Positions 46,036-55,184 of a stretch of 64,000 nucleotides of DNA are shown here, piece after piece. The number at the start of each line of letters is the position of its first letter. Within the stretch, counting starts at the first letter, position 1. Position numbers and translations under genes: made by a program. The notes beneath the pieces are model-generated. The model made no database searches. It saw only the letters and a program-made list of their open reading frames with translations, and was not told where the DNA came from. The stretch covers positions 5,028 through 69,027 of the forward strand of contig JBAQBC010000118.1 of the NCBI GenBank assembly GCA_049286035.1. The letters run 5' to 3'. Source of the stretch: Xanthobacteraceae bacterium (GTDB lineage Bacteria; Pseudomonadota; Alphaproteobacteria; Rhizobiales; Xanthobacteraceae).

Positions 46036-46185
46036 TCAGCGGATCGCCCACCAGAACGACGCCCACAGTAAAGCGATGACGATTCCCGCGATCGCAATGC
46101 GCTGTGCGGCCGAGAGCCGCAACAGCGAAGTTCCGATCGCTGCCGAGGGATGTGGCGCGTCATGTTGATGGTGATGATGGGTCAT
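46036..46185 (-). CDS. unannotated 49-aa His-rich single-pass membrane peptide (candidate first gene of the Zur-controlled operon)
   Basis: MTHHHHQHDAPHPSAAIGTSLLRLSAAQRIAIAGIVIALLWASFWWAIR. The ATG is 31 nt from the Zur box and the stop is 15 nt before znuC. No clear SD. It is below the ORF-track length cutoff. Confidence 0.45.
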   Translation of the reverse strand: MTHHHHQHDAPHPSAAIGTSLLRLSAAQRIAIAGIVIALLWASFWWAIR

Positions 46186-46215
46186 CGTTTGGTCGTGGCC
46201 GGCGGGGTCTTACCG

Positions 46216-46238
46216 ATAATGTTATAATATAACATTAT
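46216..46238. promoter_or_regulatory. Zur box (perfect 11-1-11 palindrome) overlapping a TATAAT element
   Basis: ATAATGTTATA-A-TATAACATTAT. The core AATGTTATAnTATAACATT matches the proteobacterial Zur operator consensus. It sits between divergent genes and upstream of znuCB. Confidence 0.8.
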
Positions 46239-46348
46239 GCCGGCCGCGCACCAGCCGGGGGCTGGGCGGACGGGCAAACGGCGAAAGCGGGTTCGCGCAG
46301 TCCGCCAGTGGCCGCCAATCTCGGGTGCTTCCTGATAAGGTTTGGCGC

Positions 46349-47275
46349 ATGAGTGAAGAAACACCGCGTGTCATCTGCATCGGCGAAGCACTGATCGAAC
46401 TGACGCGCGGCCCGGATGGCGCTTTCACCGCGGCTTGCGCGGGCGACAGTTTCAATACGGCTGTCTATCTCGCGCGTGCCGGGCTCAACGTCGGCTTTGC
46501 CACCGCGGTGGGAGAAGATCCCTATTCCGACAGCATCGTCGCATTGGCTTTAGCCGAAGGGCTTGGGGCCAATCTCATTCTGCGCGCGCCCGGCCGTCTG
46601 CCGGCATTGTCCTTGGTCGAGCGTGGACGGTCCGGCGAACGCGTGAGCCGCGTCTGGAGCGACGGCGCGCCGGCGCGGGAATTGTTCGAGCTTCCCGACT
46701 GGATGCGGATCGCGCAAAGCCTCGTTTCGGCGCGGCTGATCTATTTTTCCGGCATCACGCTGTCGCTCTATTCCAATAACGGGTTGGGCCGTCTGTTCGC
46801 AGCGCTCGAAGTTGCACGGCAGCAGGGTGCCAAGATCGCTTTCGACGGCAATTTTCGTCCCGCCGGCTGGAAGGGAAATTTGGCCCGTACGCGCACCGTC
46901 TTCATGGAGGCGCTCAAGCGCGTCGACATCGCGCTCCCGGCGTTCGATGATGAAGCCGTTTTGTGGGGCGATCCATCTCCGGAAAGCACGGTGGCGCGGC
47001 TGCAGGCTTTCGGCGTTGGCGAGATCGTGGTCAAGAACGGACCAAACAGCGCACTGGTCGCCACCTCGCGCGGGTCGGAGTTCGTGCCAGTGCCGGAAAT
47101 TTTGGTGCCGGTCGATCCAACCGCGGCCGGCGATGGTTTTAACGCCGGCTACCTCGCGGCCCGGCTGTCCGGCAGCGAGCCGACGCAGGCGGCAAGTGCC
47201 GCGCACCGGCTGGCGGGCGACATCATCAGCCATCCGGGCGCGCTGTTGCCGCGGGCCGAAGCCGCCATGCATTAG
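46349..47275 (+). CDS. PfkB-family sugar kinase (2-dehydro-3-deoxygluconokinase-like)
   Basis: MSEETPRVICIGEALIEL..., GDSFNTAVYLAR, and the C-terminal DPTAAGDGFNAGYL motif. Confidence 0.8.
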   Translation: MSEETPRVICIGEALIELTRGPDGAFTAACAGDSFNTAVYLARAGLNVGFATAVGEDPYSDSIVALALAEGLGANLILRAPGRLPALSLVERGRSGERVSRVWSDGAPARELFELPDWMRIAQSLVSARLIYFSGITLSLYSNNGLGRLFAALEVARQQGAKIAFDGNFRPAGWKGNLARTRTVFMEALKRVDIALPAFDDEAVLWGDPSPESTVARLQAFGVGEIVVKNGPNSALVATSRGSEFVPVPEILVPVDPTAAGDGFNAGYLAARLSGSEPTQAASAAHRLAGDIISHPGALLPRAEAAMH

Positions 47276-47436
47276 CGGAACAGGGCATCGCGTCCCACCA
47301 ACGCTGGCCTCTCAAGCTTTATCTGGAAATGCCGCAAAATTCCCGCGGGGGCGTCCTTGGCCCGCTCCGGCATTCGCGCTATGGAAGGACAGAAAACGAC
47401 AACACTGGCCGTCACCGCCAGATCGGGAGGAGTTTA

Positions 47437-48452
47437 TGAGGATTTCAGCTGCCAAATGGCTGGTATTTGCCTTCGCTGCCGCAGTGGCCTTTGCGGGCAG
47501 ACCCGCGCTTGCAGACCCGATCATCATCAAGTTCAGCCACGTCGTTTCGCCGGACGCGCCGAAGGGCAAAGCGGCATTGATGTTCAAGCAGCTCGCCGAG
47601 AAATACGCCAATGGCACAGTGACCGTCGAGGTCTACCCGAACTCTTCCCTCTACAAGGACAAGGAGGAACTCGAAGCCTTGCAGCTCGGTTCGGTGCAAC
47701 TTCTGGCGCCGTCGATCTCGAAATTCGGCCCGCTGGGGGTGAAGGAATTCGACGTCTTCGACCTGCCGTTTCTGATGAGCGACGATACGCACGCCCGGCA
47801 GATGATGGCGAGCCCGATGATGGGCGAGCTCAACAAGAAGCTGGAAGACAAGGGCGTCGAACCGCTCGCTTATTGGGATAATGGCGCCCACGTCTATACC
47901 GCCAACGTGCCGCTGATTGTACCGGACGATTTTCGCGGACTGAAGATGCGCATCCAGGGCAGCAAGGTCTTGGACGCGGTGGCGCGGCAGCTCGGCGCGA
48001 TCCCGCAGATTATTGCTTTCGGCGAGCTTTATCAGGCGCTGCAGACCGGGGTGGTCGACGGCGAAGACAATGTGCCTTCGAACATCTGGACTCAAAAATT
48101 CTATGACGTGCAGAAATACATGACGGTGTCCTATCACGGACGCCTCACCTATTCGCTGATCACCAATAAGAAATTCTGGGATGGCTTACCGGCCGACGTT
48201 CGTACCGGCCTTGATCGCGCGGTGAAAGAATCGACGCAGTTCTTCAACGACACCGCGGCCAAGGACAATGCCGATGCACTCGAACAGATCAAAGCGACCG
48301 GCAAGGTACAAATGCACGTCCTCACCGATAGCGAAAAACAGGCGTGGATCTCTAAGCTGATGCCGGTGCACAAGGAGATGCAAGGCCGGTTCAGCAAGGA
48401 TTTCATCGAACGGGTCTACAAGGAGTCGGGCTTCGTACCGCCACAGTCCTAA
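47437..48452 (+). CDS. TRAP transporter substrate-binding subunit (DctP family)
   Basis: ATG 47437 with a GGGAGGAG SD. Signal peptide MRISAAKWLVFAFAAAVAFAGRPALA. DctP pattern IKFSHVVSPDAPKGKAA...LQLGSVQLLAPS. Confidence 0.88.
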
Positions 48453-48507
48453 GGCTCGTTAGTGCCTTCCCGCAGCGCGGGAAGGCACCAGCTCGCGGGG
48501 GTGTCGG

Positions 48508-49140
48508 GTGCTCGATCGTATTCTCGACCGGCTCGAAGAATGGATCATCGTCACGCTGATCGGTGCGGCGACGGCCCTTACCTTCGTCGCCGTGGTGCAC
48601 CGCTACGGCGCCAGCAATTCGGCAAGCTTGGCGCGCTGGGCCGGCATGCATCAGCTGTTACTGCTCAAGGGCGTGGCTAACGCGGTCTACGGCTGGCTTG
48701 CCTCGATCAACCTCTCCTGGGCGCAGGAACTCGCCACCTACATGTTCGTGTGGATGGCGAAATTCGGCGCCGCGCTCGGCGTGCGAACCGGCATTCACGT
48801 CGGCGTCGATGTTTTCGTCAATCGGCTGACGCCTGCGGCGCGAAAGCCAGTGATCGTCTTCGCGATGCTGTGCGGCGCGTTGTTCACCGGCGTGATCGGC
48901 ACGCTGGGCGCGGTTTACGTCTATGAGCTCGATCCCGACCAGGTGTCGCCGGAGCTCGAATGGCCGAGCTGGATGATCTATCTGGCGATCCCGCTCGGCT
49001 CTTATCTGATGTGCTTCCGTTTCCTGCAGGTGATGTGGCGCTTCCTGCGCACCGGCATGGTGCCGCATCCGGCGCATGGCGTCGACTATGAAGCGCCGCA
49101 CGATACGGCGCCGCCGGCTGCAATCGAGGCGGCGCGATGA
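48508..49140 (+). CDS. TRAP transporter small permease (DctQ family)
   Basis: 210 aa with 4 TM segments. It lies between the DctP and DctM genes, and its stop overlaps the DctM start (ATGA). Confidence 0.8.
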   Translation: MLDRILDRLEEWIIVTLIGAATALTFVAVVHRYGASNSASLARWAGMHQLLLLKGVANAVYGWLASINLSWAQELATYMFVWMAKFGAALGVRTGIHVGVDVFVNRLTPAARKPVIVFAMLCGALFTGVIGTLGAVYVYELDPDQVSPELEWPSWMIYLAIPLGSYLMCFRFLQVMWRFLRTGMVPHPAHGVDYEAPHDTAPPAAIEAAR

Positions 49141-50609
49141 CGGCACTATTGCACGTTTCCAAGCCTTCGCCGCCGCGTCCGGTCAACGCCGCCATTACGG
49201 CGACGCTCATCGTCGTCATTCCAATAATGCTGGCGCTGATCTGTTTCGCCGCCAGGCTCCACGTCATCGAGCTGTCGCACACGGTGCGCGCCGAGCTCTT
49301 GTTTGCGCTGTTGCTGGCGCTGATGGCGTCCGGAATGCCGATCTCGATCGCGCTCGGGCTCTCGGTGCTCACTTACCTGTTCATATTATCCGATGTCGAT
49401 CCGAAGATGGTCGGCCTCAAATTGTTCACCAGTATCGATCGCTTCGAGATCATGGCGATCCCGTTCTTCATTCTGGCGGGGAATTTTCTCACCGCCGGCG
49501 GCGTGGCGCGGCGCATGATCGATTTCGCCACTTCGATGATCGGGCACTGGTATGGCGGGCTGGGGCTTGCGGGTGTGGTCGCCTGTGCTTTGTTCGCCGC
49601 GATTTCCGGATCTTCAGTCGCCACCGTGGTTGGCATCGGCTCAATCATCTTGCCGGCGCTGATGCAGCAGGGCTACCCGCCGCGTTTTTCCGCCGGCGTG
49701 ATCGCCACATCCGGCGCGCTCGGCATTTTGTTCCCGCCGTCCATCAACCTCGTCATTTACGCCGTGGCTACGAGCGGCATGCAGCCGCGCGGGCCAACCG
49801 GGGCGGTCGTCGATTCCGCTTCCATCGGCCAACTCTTCATTGCGGCTTTGGTGCCCGGCCTCATTCTGTCGTCGATGCTCGGCGCAACAACGTGGTATCG
49901 CGCGTGGCGCTACGACTATCCGCGCATGCCGCGCGCCAGCTGGCGCGACTGCTGGCGCACCTTCCGTGAAAGCGTGTGGGGTCTGCTTCTCATCCTTTTG
50001 GTGTTGGGCGGCATCTATTCGGGACTGTTCACGCCGACCGAGGCCGCCGCGGTGGCCGCGGTGTACGCTTTCGTCATCGCGGTCTTCGTCTACAAAGGCC
50101 TGCCGCTGAAGGAAGTGCCGGCGGTGCTGCTCAAAGCCGCGTCGATGAGCGCGATGATCCTTTACATCATCACCAATGCGGCGGTGTTCTCATGGCTGCT
50201 CACCTCCGAGCAAATTCCGCAATCGATGGCGGAGTGGATGACCGCCCAAGGTTTCGGCATCATCGCATTTCTTCTGGTCACCAACATCGTGCTGCTCGCC
50301 GCCGGCAATTTCATGGATCCAGCGGCGATCACGCTGATCATGGCGCCAATTCTGTTTCCGATGGCGGCGGCGCTTGGCGTCCACCCGGTCCATCTCGGCA
50401 TCCTGATGGCAGTCAACATGGAGGTCGGGCTCTGCCATCCGCCGGTCGGATTAAATCTCTACGTCGCCGCCGGGATCACCAAGATGGGCATTGCCGAACT
50501 CACCGTCGCGGTGCTGCCATGGCTGATCACCATGCTGATTTTCCTCGCGATGATCACTTACATTCCGACGCTGTCGCTATGGCTGCCGCACGCGCTCGGA
50601 ATGCTTTGA
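49137..50609 (+). CDS. TRAP transporter large permease (DctM family)
   Basis: 490 aa and polytopic. DctM-type motifs (FFILAGNFLTAGGVARRMIDFA, ATSGALGILFPPS). Confidence 0.88.
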   Translation: MTALLHVSKPSPPRPVNAAITATLIVVIPIMLALICFAARLHVIELSHTVRAELLFALLLALMASGMPISIALGLSVLTYLFILSDVDPKMVGLKLFTSIDRFEIMAIPFFILAGNFLTAGGVARRMIDFATSMIGHWYGGLGLAGVVACALFAAISGSSVATVVGIGSIILPALMQQGYPPRFSAGVIATSGALGILFPPSINLVIYAVATSGMQPRGPTGAVVDSASIGQLFIAALVPGLILSSMLGATTWYRAWRYDYPRMPRASWRDCWRTFRESVWGLLLILLVLGGIYSGLFTPTEAAAVAAVYAFVIAVFVYKGLPLKEVPAVLLKAASMSAMILYIITNAAVFSWLLTSEQIPQSMAEWMTAQGFGIIAFLLVTNIVLLAAGNFMDPAAITLIMAPILFPMAAALGVHPVHLGILMAVNMEVGLCHPPVGLNLYVAAGITKMGIAELTVAVLPWLITMLIFLAMITYIPTLSLWLPHALGML

Positions 50610-50660
50610 GATTCCACGCCTCGCGCGAGCAAGTCTCATCGTGCCGATAGACGTTTCGTC

Positions 50661-51026
50661 TCAATCGTGGAAATCGTCGTCGCGCAGCTCGATCGACGTG
50701 CCGTGCGGTGTGCGGGCGCAAGCGTGTTGCCAGGCGTCGCGGGTGCGCGCCAGCACGCTGCTTTCGACCACACCTTTTTCGGCGAGGATTCGCTCCAGCG
50801 TCGCCAGCCAATGCTGGTAATAAGTCTCGCCCGTGTCGGGATCGCCGGCCGCTTGCGCCTTCTTGATTTCCTCGCCGAGCGTCTTCGCCCATTCCGTCCA
50901 GGTGAATAGGCCGCGCTCCTTGAGCGATACGGCCAGCGCAAAGGCTTCCGCTTCCCATGGCTCGCGGAAGACGGGGCCGTTCTCGTCGCGCGGAATATTG
51001 AGCCCGTCATTGCGGCCGATAGTCAT
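50661..51026 (-). CDS. nitrile hydratase accessory (activator) protein
   Basis: 121 aa. FREPWEAEAFALAVSLKERGLFTWTEW...YYQHWLATLE is typical of NHase accessory proteins. Its ATG overlaps the beta-subunit stop. Confidence 0.85.
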   Translation of the reverse strand: MTIGRNDGLNIPRDENGPVFREPWEAEAFALAVSLKERGLFTWTEWAKTLGEEIKKAQAAGDPDTGETYYQHWLATLERILAEKGVVESSVLARTRDAWQHACARTPHGTSIELRDDDFHD

Positions 51027-51679
51027 GCCGGCTCCAGATAGGGTTCAAACGCCTCAATCGACACTTTCAGCGAAGGCTCCGCGCTCTCGCCCCACAATTC
51101 GCGGCCGTCGAACAGCACGGTGTAGAGCCATTGCGGGTCCTCGCCTTTGCCGATCGCGACAGTGTCGGGGAAGACATGGCAGCCGCGCAACGCCTCGACC
51201 TCGCCGACCTTGTCGCGAGCATAGCGAGGCAGACGCGTATGCGTATTCGGGTGAATATTTTTCGTGCGCACGCGGTCGCCCGGCTTAAAGCGCGCCGGCT
51301 TCTGCGACGGCCGCGCGAACGAGCCGCGCGTTACGATATTGGGGACTTCGGCGGCGCTTAGTTTGCGCTTGAGCGGCTTGCCAGGATGCAACGCGTGACC
51401 GGCGGCAAGCTCGTCGCGTCCGGCAAGGCCGAGCTCGGCAAGCTGCTTTTCCATGCCAAGCTCCCACTTTTTGTAGTAGGAACTCGCAAGATAGACATCC
51501 GGCGGCAATTGCTCACGGGCAAAACGCGCCTGATCGATGACCCAGACGCCGGCGTAGCTCATCGCGCGATAGAGCGCGAACGTGCGGGCTTCCCAATCGT
51601 CATGAAAGACCGGCTCGTCCTGTTCCGGCTCGACTTTGCCGAAACCGTGCATGCCGCCCATGTCGTGGACGCCGTCCAT
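51023..51679 (-). CDS. nthB: nitrile hydratase beta subunit
   Basis: 218 aa: [16 protein letters not shown]...FHDDWEARTFAL...TRLPRYARDKVGEV. The start overlaps the alpha-subunit stop (TAATG). Confidence 0.9.
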   Translation of the reverse strand: MDGVHDMGGMHGFGKVEPEQDEPVFHDDWEARTFALYRAMSYAGVWVIDQARFAREQLPPDVYLASSYYKKWELGMEKQLAELGLAGRDELAAGHALHPGKPLKRKLSAAEVPNIVTRGSFARPSQKPARFKPGDRVRTKNIHPNTHTRLPRYARDKVGEVEALRGCHVFPDTVAIGKGEDPQWLYTVLFDGRELWGESAEPSLKVSIEAFEPYLEPA

Positions 51680-52314
51680 TACGCCACCTCGCCGGGCTGT
51701 TTCGGAAAGCCGGTGCCGATCATGCTGTCGCGGGTAACGAGGCTTGCGAGTTTTTCCTCGCTCCAGCCTTCGGTGCCCTTGGGCCGCATCGGCAATACGA
51801 TGAAACGGGTCTCGGCGGTCGAATCCCAGACGCGAATGGCGGTGTCGGCGGGCAACTTGACGCCGAAATCGGTCAGAACGCCGCGCGGATCGTTCACGGC
51901 GCGCGAACGGTAAGGCGCGGATTTGTACCAGACCGGGGGCAGCCCGAGCACCTCCCACGGATAGCAGGAGCACAGCGTGCAGACGATCATGTTGTGCAGT
52001 TTTGGCGTGTTCTCGACCGCGATCAGGTGATCGCCGACGCGATTGATGACACCCAAGGCCAGCACTGCCTTGGTCGCATCGTCGAGCACCGCGCCCTTGA
52101 ATGATGGATCGCTCCACGCCTTGGCCACGACGCGCGCGCCAATATGCGGCCCGACCTTGGTCTCGTAGGCCTCGATGACGGCATCCAGCGCCGCCGGATC
52201 GACATAGCCTTTTTCGGTCAGCACCGTCTCGAGCGCGCGCACCCGCAATTGCATTTCAGAAAGTTCGGAGCCGTGTTCGTCATGCTCATGATGATGCTCG
52301 TGCTTTTGCTCCAT
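51679..52314 (-). CDS. nthA: nitrile hydratase alpha subunit, cobalt type
   Basis: 211 aa. The metal-binding claw [10 protein letters not shown] has Thr in CTLCSC, which marks the cobalt type. His-rich N-terminus [15 protein letters not shown]. Confidence 0.92.
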   Translation of the reverse strand: MEQKHEHHHEHDEHGSELSEMQLRVRALETVLTEKGYVDPAALDAVIEAYETKVGPHIGARVVAKAWSDPSFKGAVLDDATKAVLALGVINRVGDHLIAVENTPKLHNMIVCTLCSCYPWEVLGLPPVWYKSAPYRSRAVNDPRGVLTDFGVKLPADTAIRVWDSTAETRFIVLPMRPKGTEGWSEEKLASLVTRDSMIGTGFPKQPGEVA

Positions 52315-52373
52315 GGCGCTCTCATTCCGTTTCCCGAAAGCTATTAAGGCAGATTATAGTATGAGCGCCAACC

Positions 52374-52901
52374 ATGCGAAACACGACCGCGCGCATCGCC
52401 GACGGAATCGATCGCATCACGGCGGCGATCGGCCGCATTGCGACGTGGTGCTCGCTTTATGTCGTGGTGGCTGAATTTGCCGTGGTCCTGCTGCGCTACG
52501 CGCTCGGCTTCGGCTCAATCCGGCTGCAGGAATCGGTCCTTTACGCGCACGCCGGTTTGTTCATGTTGGCGGCAGCTTGGGTGCTGCAAACCGATCAGCA
52601 TGTGCGGGTCGACATTTTCTACGCGCGCGGCACGCCGCGGGGGCGCGCGGCGGTCGATCTTCTCGGCGCCGCCGTGTTTCTCTTGCCCTTTGCCGCTGCC
52701 CTGTTTGCTTTGACGCTGCCCTATGTCGAGCGCTCCTGGCACACCTTCGAGGGCTCCCCGCAGCCGAGCGGCTTGCCGTTCGTCTACCTGCTCAAAACCA
52801 TCATTCTGGTGTTCGCCGCCTCGATCGGCCTGCAAGGCGTGGCGCAGGCCATCCGGGCCGCTCTCGTCTTGAGCGCTCCCTCCCGGCAACAATCGCATTG
52901 A
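52374..52901 (+). CDS. TRAP transporter small permease (DctQ family)
   Basis: 175 aa with 4 TM segments, immediately followed by a DctM-type gene. Confidence 0.75.
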   Translation: MRNTTARIADGIDRITAAIGRIATWCSLYVVVAEFAVVLLRYALGFGSIRLQESVLYAHAGLFMLAAAWVLQTDQHVRVDIFYARGTPRGRAAVDLLGAAVFLLPFAAALFALTLPYVERSWHTFEGSPQPSGLPFVYLLKTIILVFAASIGLQGVAQAIRAALVLSAPSRQQSH

Positions 52902-52903
52902 CC

Positions 52904-54289
52904 ATGGGCGAAACGCTTGCGGTTGCGATGGTGCTCGCGGTTTGCGCCTTGCTGCTGGTCGGCTATCCGGTCGCATTCACGCTCGCCGGCGTGTCGCTCG
53001 GCTTTGCCAGTCTCGGCGCCGCCTTGGGTATCATGGACTTTGCGCTGCTCGGCGCGCTGCCGGCGCGCATTTTCGGCATCATGACGAACGACGTGCTGCT
53101 CGCGATCCCGCTGTTCATTTTCATGGGCGTGATGCTGGAGCGTTCGCGCATTGCCGAGGAATTGCTGGAGACCATGGGGCGGCTGTTCGGCCGACTGCCG
53201 GGCGGCCTTGGTGTGTCGGTGATCGTCGTCGGCGTGTTGTTAGCTGCGGCTAAAGGCGTCGTCGGCGCCACAACCGTCACCATGGGCCTGATCGTGCTGC
53301 CGACCATGCTGCGCCACGGTTACGACAAGGCCTTGGCCGCGGGCACTGTTGCGGCCACGGCGACACTCGCTCAGATTTTTCCGCCGGCGACCGTGCTCGT
53401 TCTGCTCGGCGATCAGCTGAGCAATTCCTATCAGGCGGCGCAATTGGCCAAGGGCAATTTTGCGCCGCAGACGGTCACCGTGGCCGATCTGTTTGCCGGA
53501 GCGATCTGCCCGGCCCTGGTGCTGGTTTTGCTTTATCTGCTTTACATCGTTGCTGTGGCGGTGGTCAGGCCGAAGAAATCTCCCGCGATCGCCGCCGATC
53601 CGTCGGCGCCGCGCGGCGCCGCGCTTGCCGCACGCATCATATCGGCTCTGGTTGCGCCGTTTGCACTGATCCTCGCGGTGCTCGGCTCCATTCTCGCGGG
53701 CATCGCGACGCCGACCGAGGCCGCCTCGGTCGGCGCGGTTGGCGCGATTCTTCTGGCCATGCGCAAGACCGGCGCCAAGGGATTCTTGATCCCGGTGATG
53801 ATCCGAACCACCCAGATCACCAGCATGATTTTCGTCATTTTGGTCGGCGCGACCGTGTTCAGCCTGGTGTTCCGCGGGCTCGGCGGCGATGGCCTGGTTG
53901 CGCGCACGCTGACCAATCTGCCCGGCGGCGTGGCCGGCGCGGTTCTCGCGGTCATGGCGGCAGTCTTTCTGCTCGGCTTCGTGATGGACGCATTCGAGAT
54001 TATTTTCGTCGTTGTACCGATCGTGGCGCCGGTGCTGCTGCAAATGCCGGGAGTCGATCCGGTCTGGCTCGGCATCATGCTGGCGGTCAATTTACAGACC
54101 TCTTACATGCATCCACCGCTCGGTCCGACATTATTCTATCTACGCGGTGTTGCGCCGCCGGAAGTAACGACGCGCGATATTTATCTCGGCATCATCCCCT
54201 TCGTGCTCATTCAGCTTGCTATGCTGATTGCCCTGTGGTTTGCGCCGGGGCTTGCGACGTCGCTGCCGCATCGGCTTTATGCGTCCTAA
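52904..54289 (+). CDS. TRAP transporter large permease (DctM family)
   Basis: ATG 52904 lies 2 nt after the small-permease stop. 461 aa and polytopic (LAIPLFIFMGVMLERSRIAEELL). Confidence 0.85.
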   Translation: MGETLAVAMVLAVCALLLVGYPVAFTLAGVSLGFASLGAALGIMDFALLGALPARIFGIMTNDVLLAIPLFIFMGVMLERSRIAEELLETMGRLFGRLPGGLGVSVIVVGVLLAAAKGVVGATTVTMGLIVLPTMLRHGYDKALAAGTVAATATLAQIFPPATVLVLLGDQLSNSYQAAQLAKGNFAPQTVTVADLFAGAICPALVLVLLYLLYIVAVAVVRPKKSPAIAADPSAPRGAALAARIISALVAPFALILAVLGSILAGIATPTEAASVGAVGAILLAMRKTGAKGFLIPVMIRTTQITSMIFVILVGATVFSLVFRGLGGDGLVARTLTNLPGGVAGAVLAVMAAVFLLGFVMDAFEIIFVVVPIVAPVLLQMPGVDPVWLGIMLAVNLQTSYMHPPLGPTLFYLRGVAPPEVTTRDIYLGIIPFVLIQLAMLIALWFAPGLATSLPHRLYAS

Positions 54290-54356
54290 CTGCGAAGCTT
54301 GGTGCCGGATTGAAATGAATCCTATGATCGGTTGAGCGACGCGACATGGTGAGGCG

Positions 54357-55133
54357 ATGACCGCAGCAGAACTATTTAATCTCAACGGCAAGGTCGCGCT
54401 GGTGACCGGCGCTTCCAGCGGGCTCGGCGCGCGCTTCGCCGAGGTTCTGGCGGCCAACGGCGCTTCCGTCGTCCTGGTGGCGCGGCGCGCCGAGCGGCTC
54501 ACCGCGCTGCAGGCGCAAATCGCCAAATCCGGGGGCAAGGCGATCACCGTCACCGCCGATGTACGCGACCGGCACGCCATGGCCGGCGCCTTCGATGCTG
54601 CCGAGAAGGCCTTCGGCACGGTGACCATCCTCGTCAACAATGCCGGCGTCGCGCATGCCGCGCGCGCGGTGGAGCTCGCCGAGGACGAATGGCGGCGCGT
54701 GCTCTCGATCGATCTCGATGCTGTGTTCTTTTGGGCGCAGGAAGCGGCACGCCGCATGCTGGCGGCGAAAGGCGGCGGCAGCATCGTCAACATCGCCTCG
54801 GTGCTCGGCTTCGGCGTCGACAAAGGCGTCATCGCCTATGCCACGGCAAAGGCCGGGGTTATTCAAATCACCAAGGCGCTGGCGCTCGAACTCGCGTTCA
54901 AGGGCATTCGCGTCAACGCCATCGCGCCGGGATGGATCGTCACCGAACTTAATCGCGATTATCTGGCGAGCGAGCGCGGCGCCGCGATCAAACGCGAGAT
55001 TCCGATCGGCCGGTTCGGCGAAGAGCGCGATCTCGACGGTCCGCTGTTGTTGCTCGCCTCCGACGCCGGCCGCTTCGTCACCGGCGCCACGATCGTCGCC
55101 GACGGCGGGCAAATGATTGCGCTGCGGGGGTGA
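54357..55133 (+). CDS. SDR-family oxidoreductase
   Basis: TGASSGLG cofactor motif, NNAG, and a YATAK catalytic motif (YxxxK). Confidence 0.88.
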   Translation: MTAAELFNLNGKVALVTGASSGLGARFAEVLAANGASVVLVARRAERLTALQAQIAKSGGKAITVTADVRDRHAMAGAFDAAEKAFGTVTILVNNAGVAHAARAVELAEDEWRRVLSIDLDAVFFWAQEAARRMLAAKGGGSIVNIASVLGFGVDKGVIAYATAKAGVIQITKALALELAFKGIRVNAIAPGWIVTELNRDYLASERGAAIKREIPIGRFGEERDLDGPLLLLASDAGRFVTGATIVADGGQMIALRG

Positions 55134-55135
55134 CG

Positions 55136-55153
55136 TCGCGCCGGAAGGCGCGA
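55136..55153. terminator. hairpin between the convergent SDR and molybdo-hydroxylase genes
   Basis: TCGCGCC-GGAA-GGCGCGA, a 7-bp perfect stem that starts 3 nt after the SDR stop. There is no U-tract, so function is uncertain. Confidence 0.3.
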
Positions 55154-55184
55154 TGCTCGGCGAGGTAACGTAATTCCGATCAGC

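Noticed and set aside
46812-48452. 546-aa ORF spanning the sugar-kinase 3' half and the DctP gene.
   Set aside because: The N-terminal 208 codons are an alternative frame of the kinase gene plus intergenic DNA. The real DctP starts at ATG 47437, with a strong SD and a signal peptide.
51023-52117. 364-aa ORF extending the nitrile hydratase beta subunit upstream. Similar over-extended starts occur for bioB (33193), the FAD subunit (58704), the hydrolase (62070), frc (14790), the second DctM (52577) and the formyltransferase (16402).
   Set aside because: The extensions run through neighbouring genes or REP elements in another frame. Internal ATGs with an SD, or ATGA/TAATG coupling, give proteins of canonical length.
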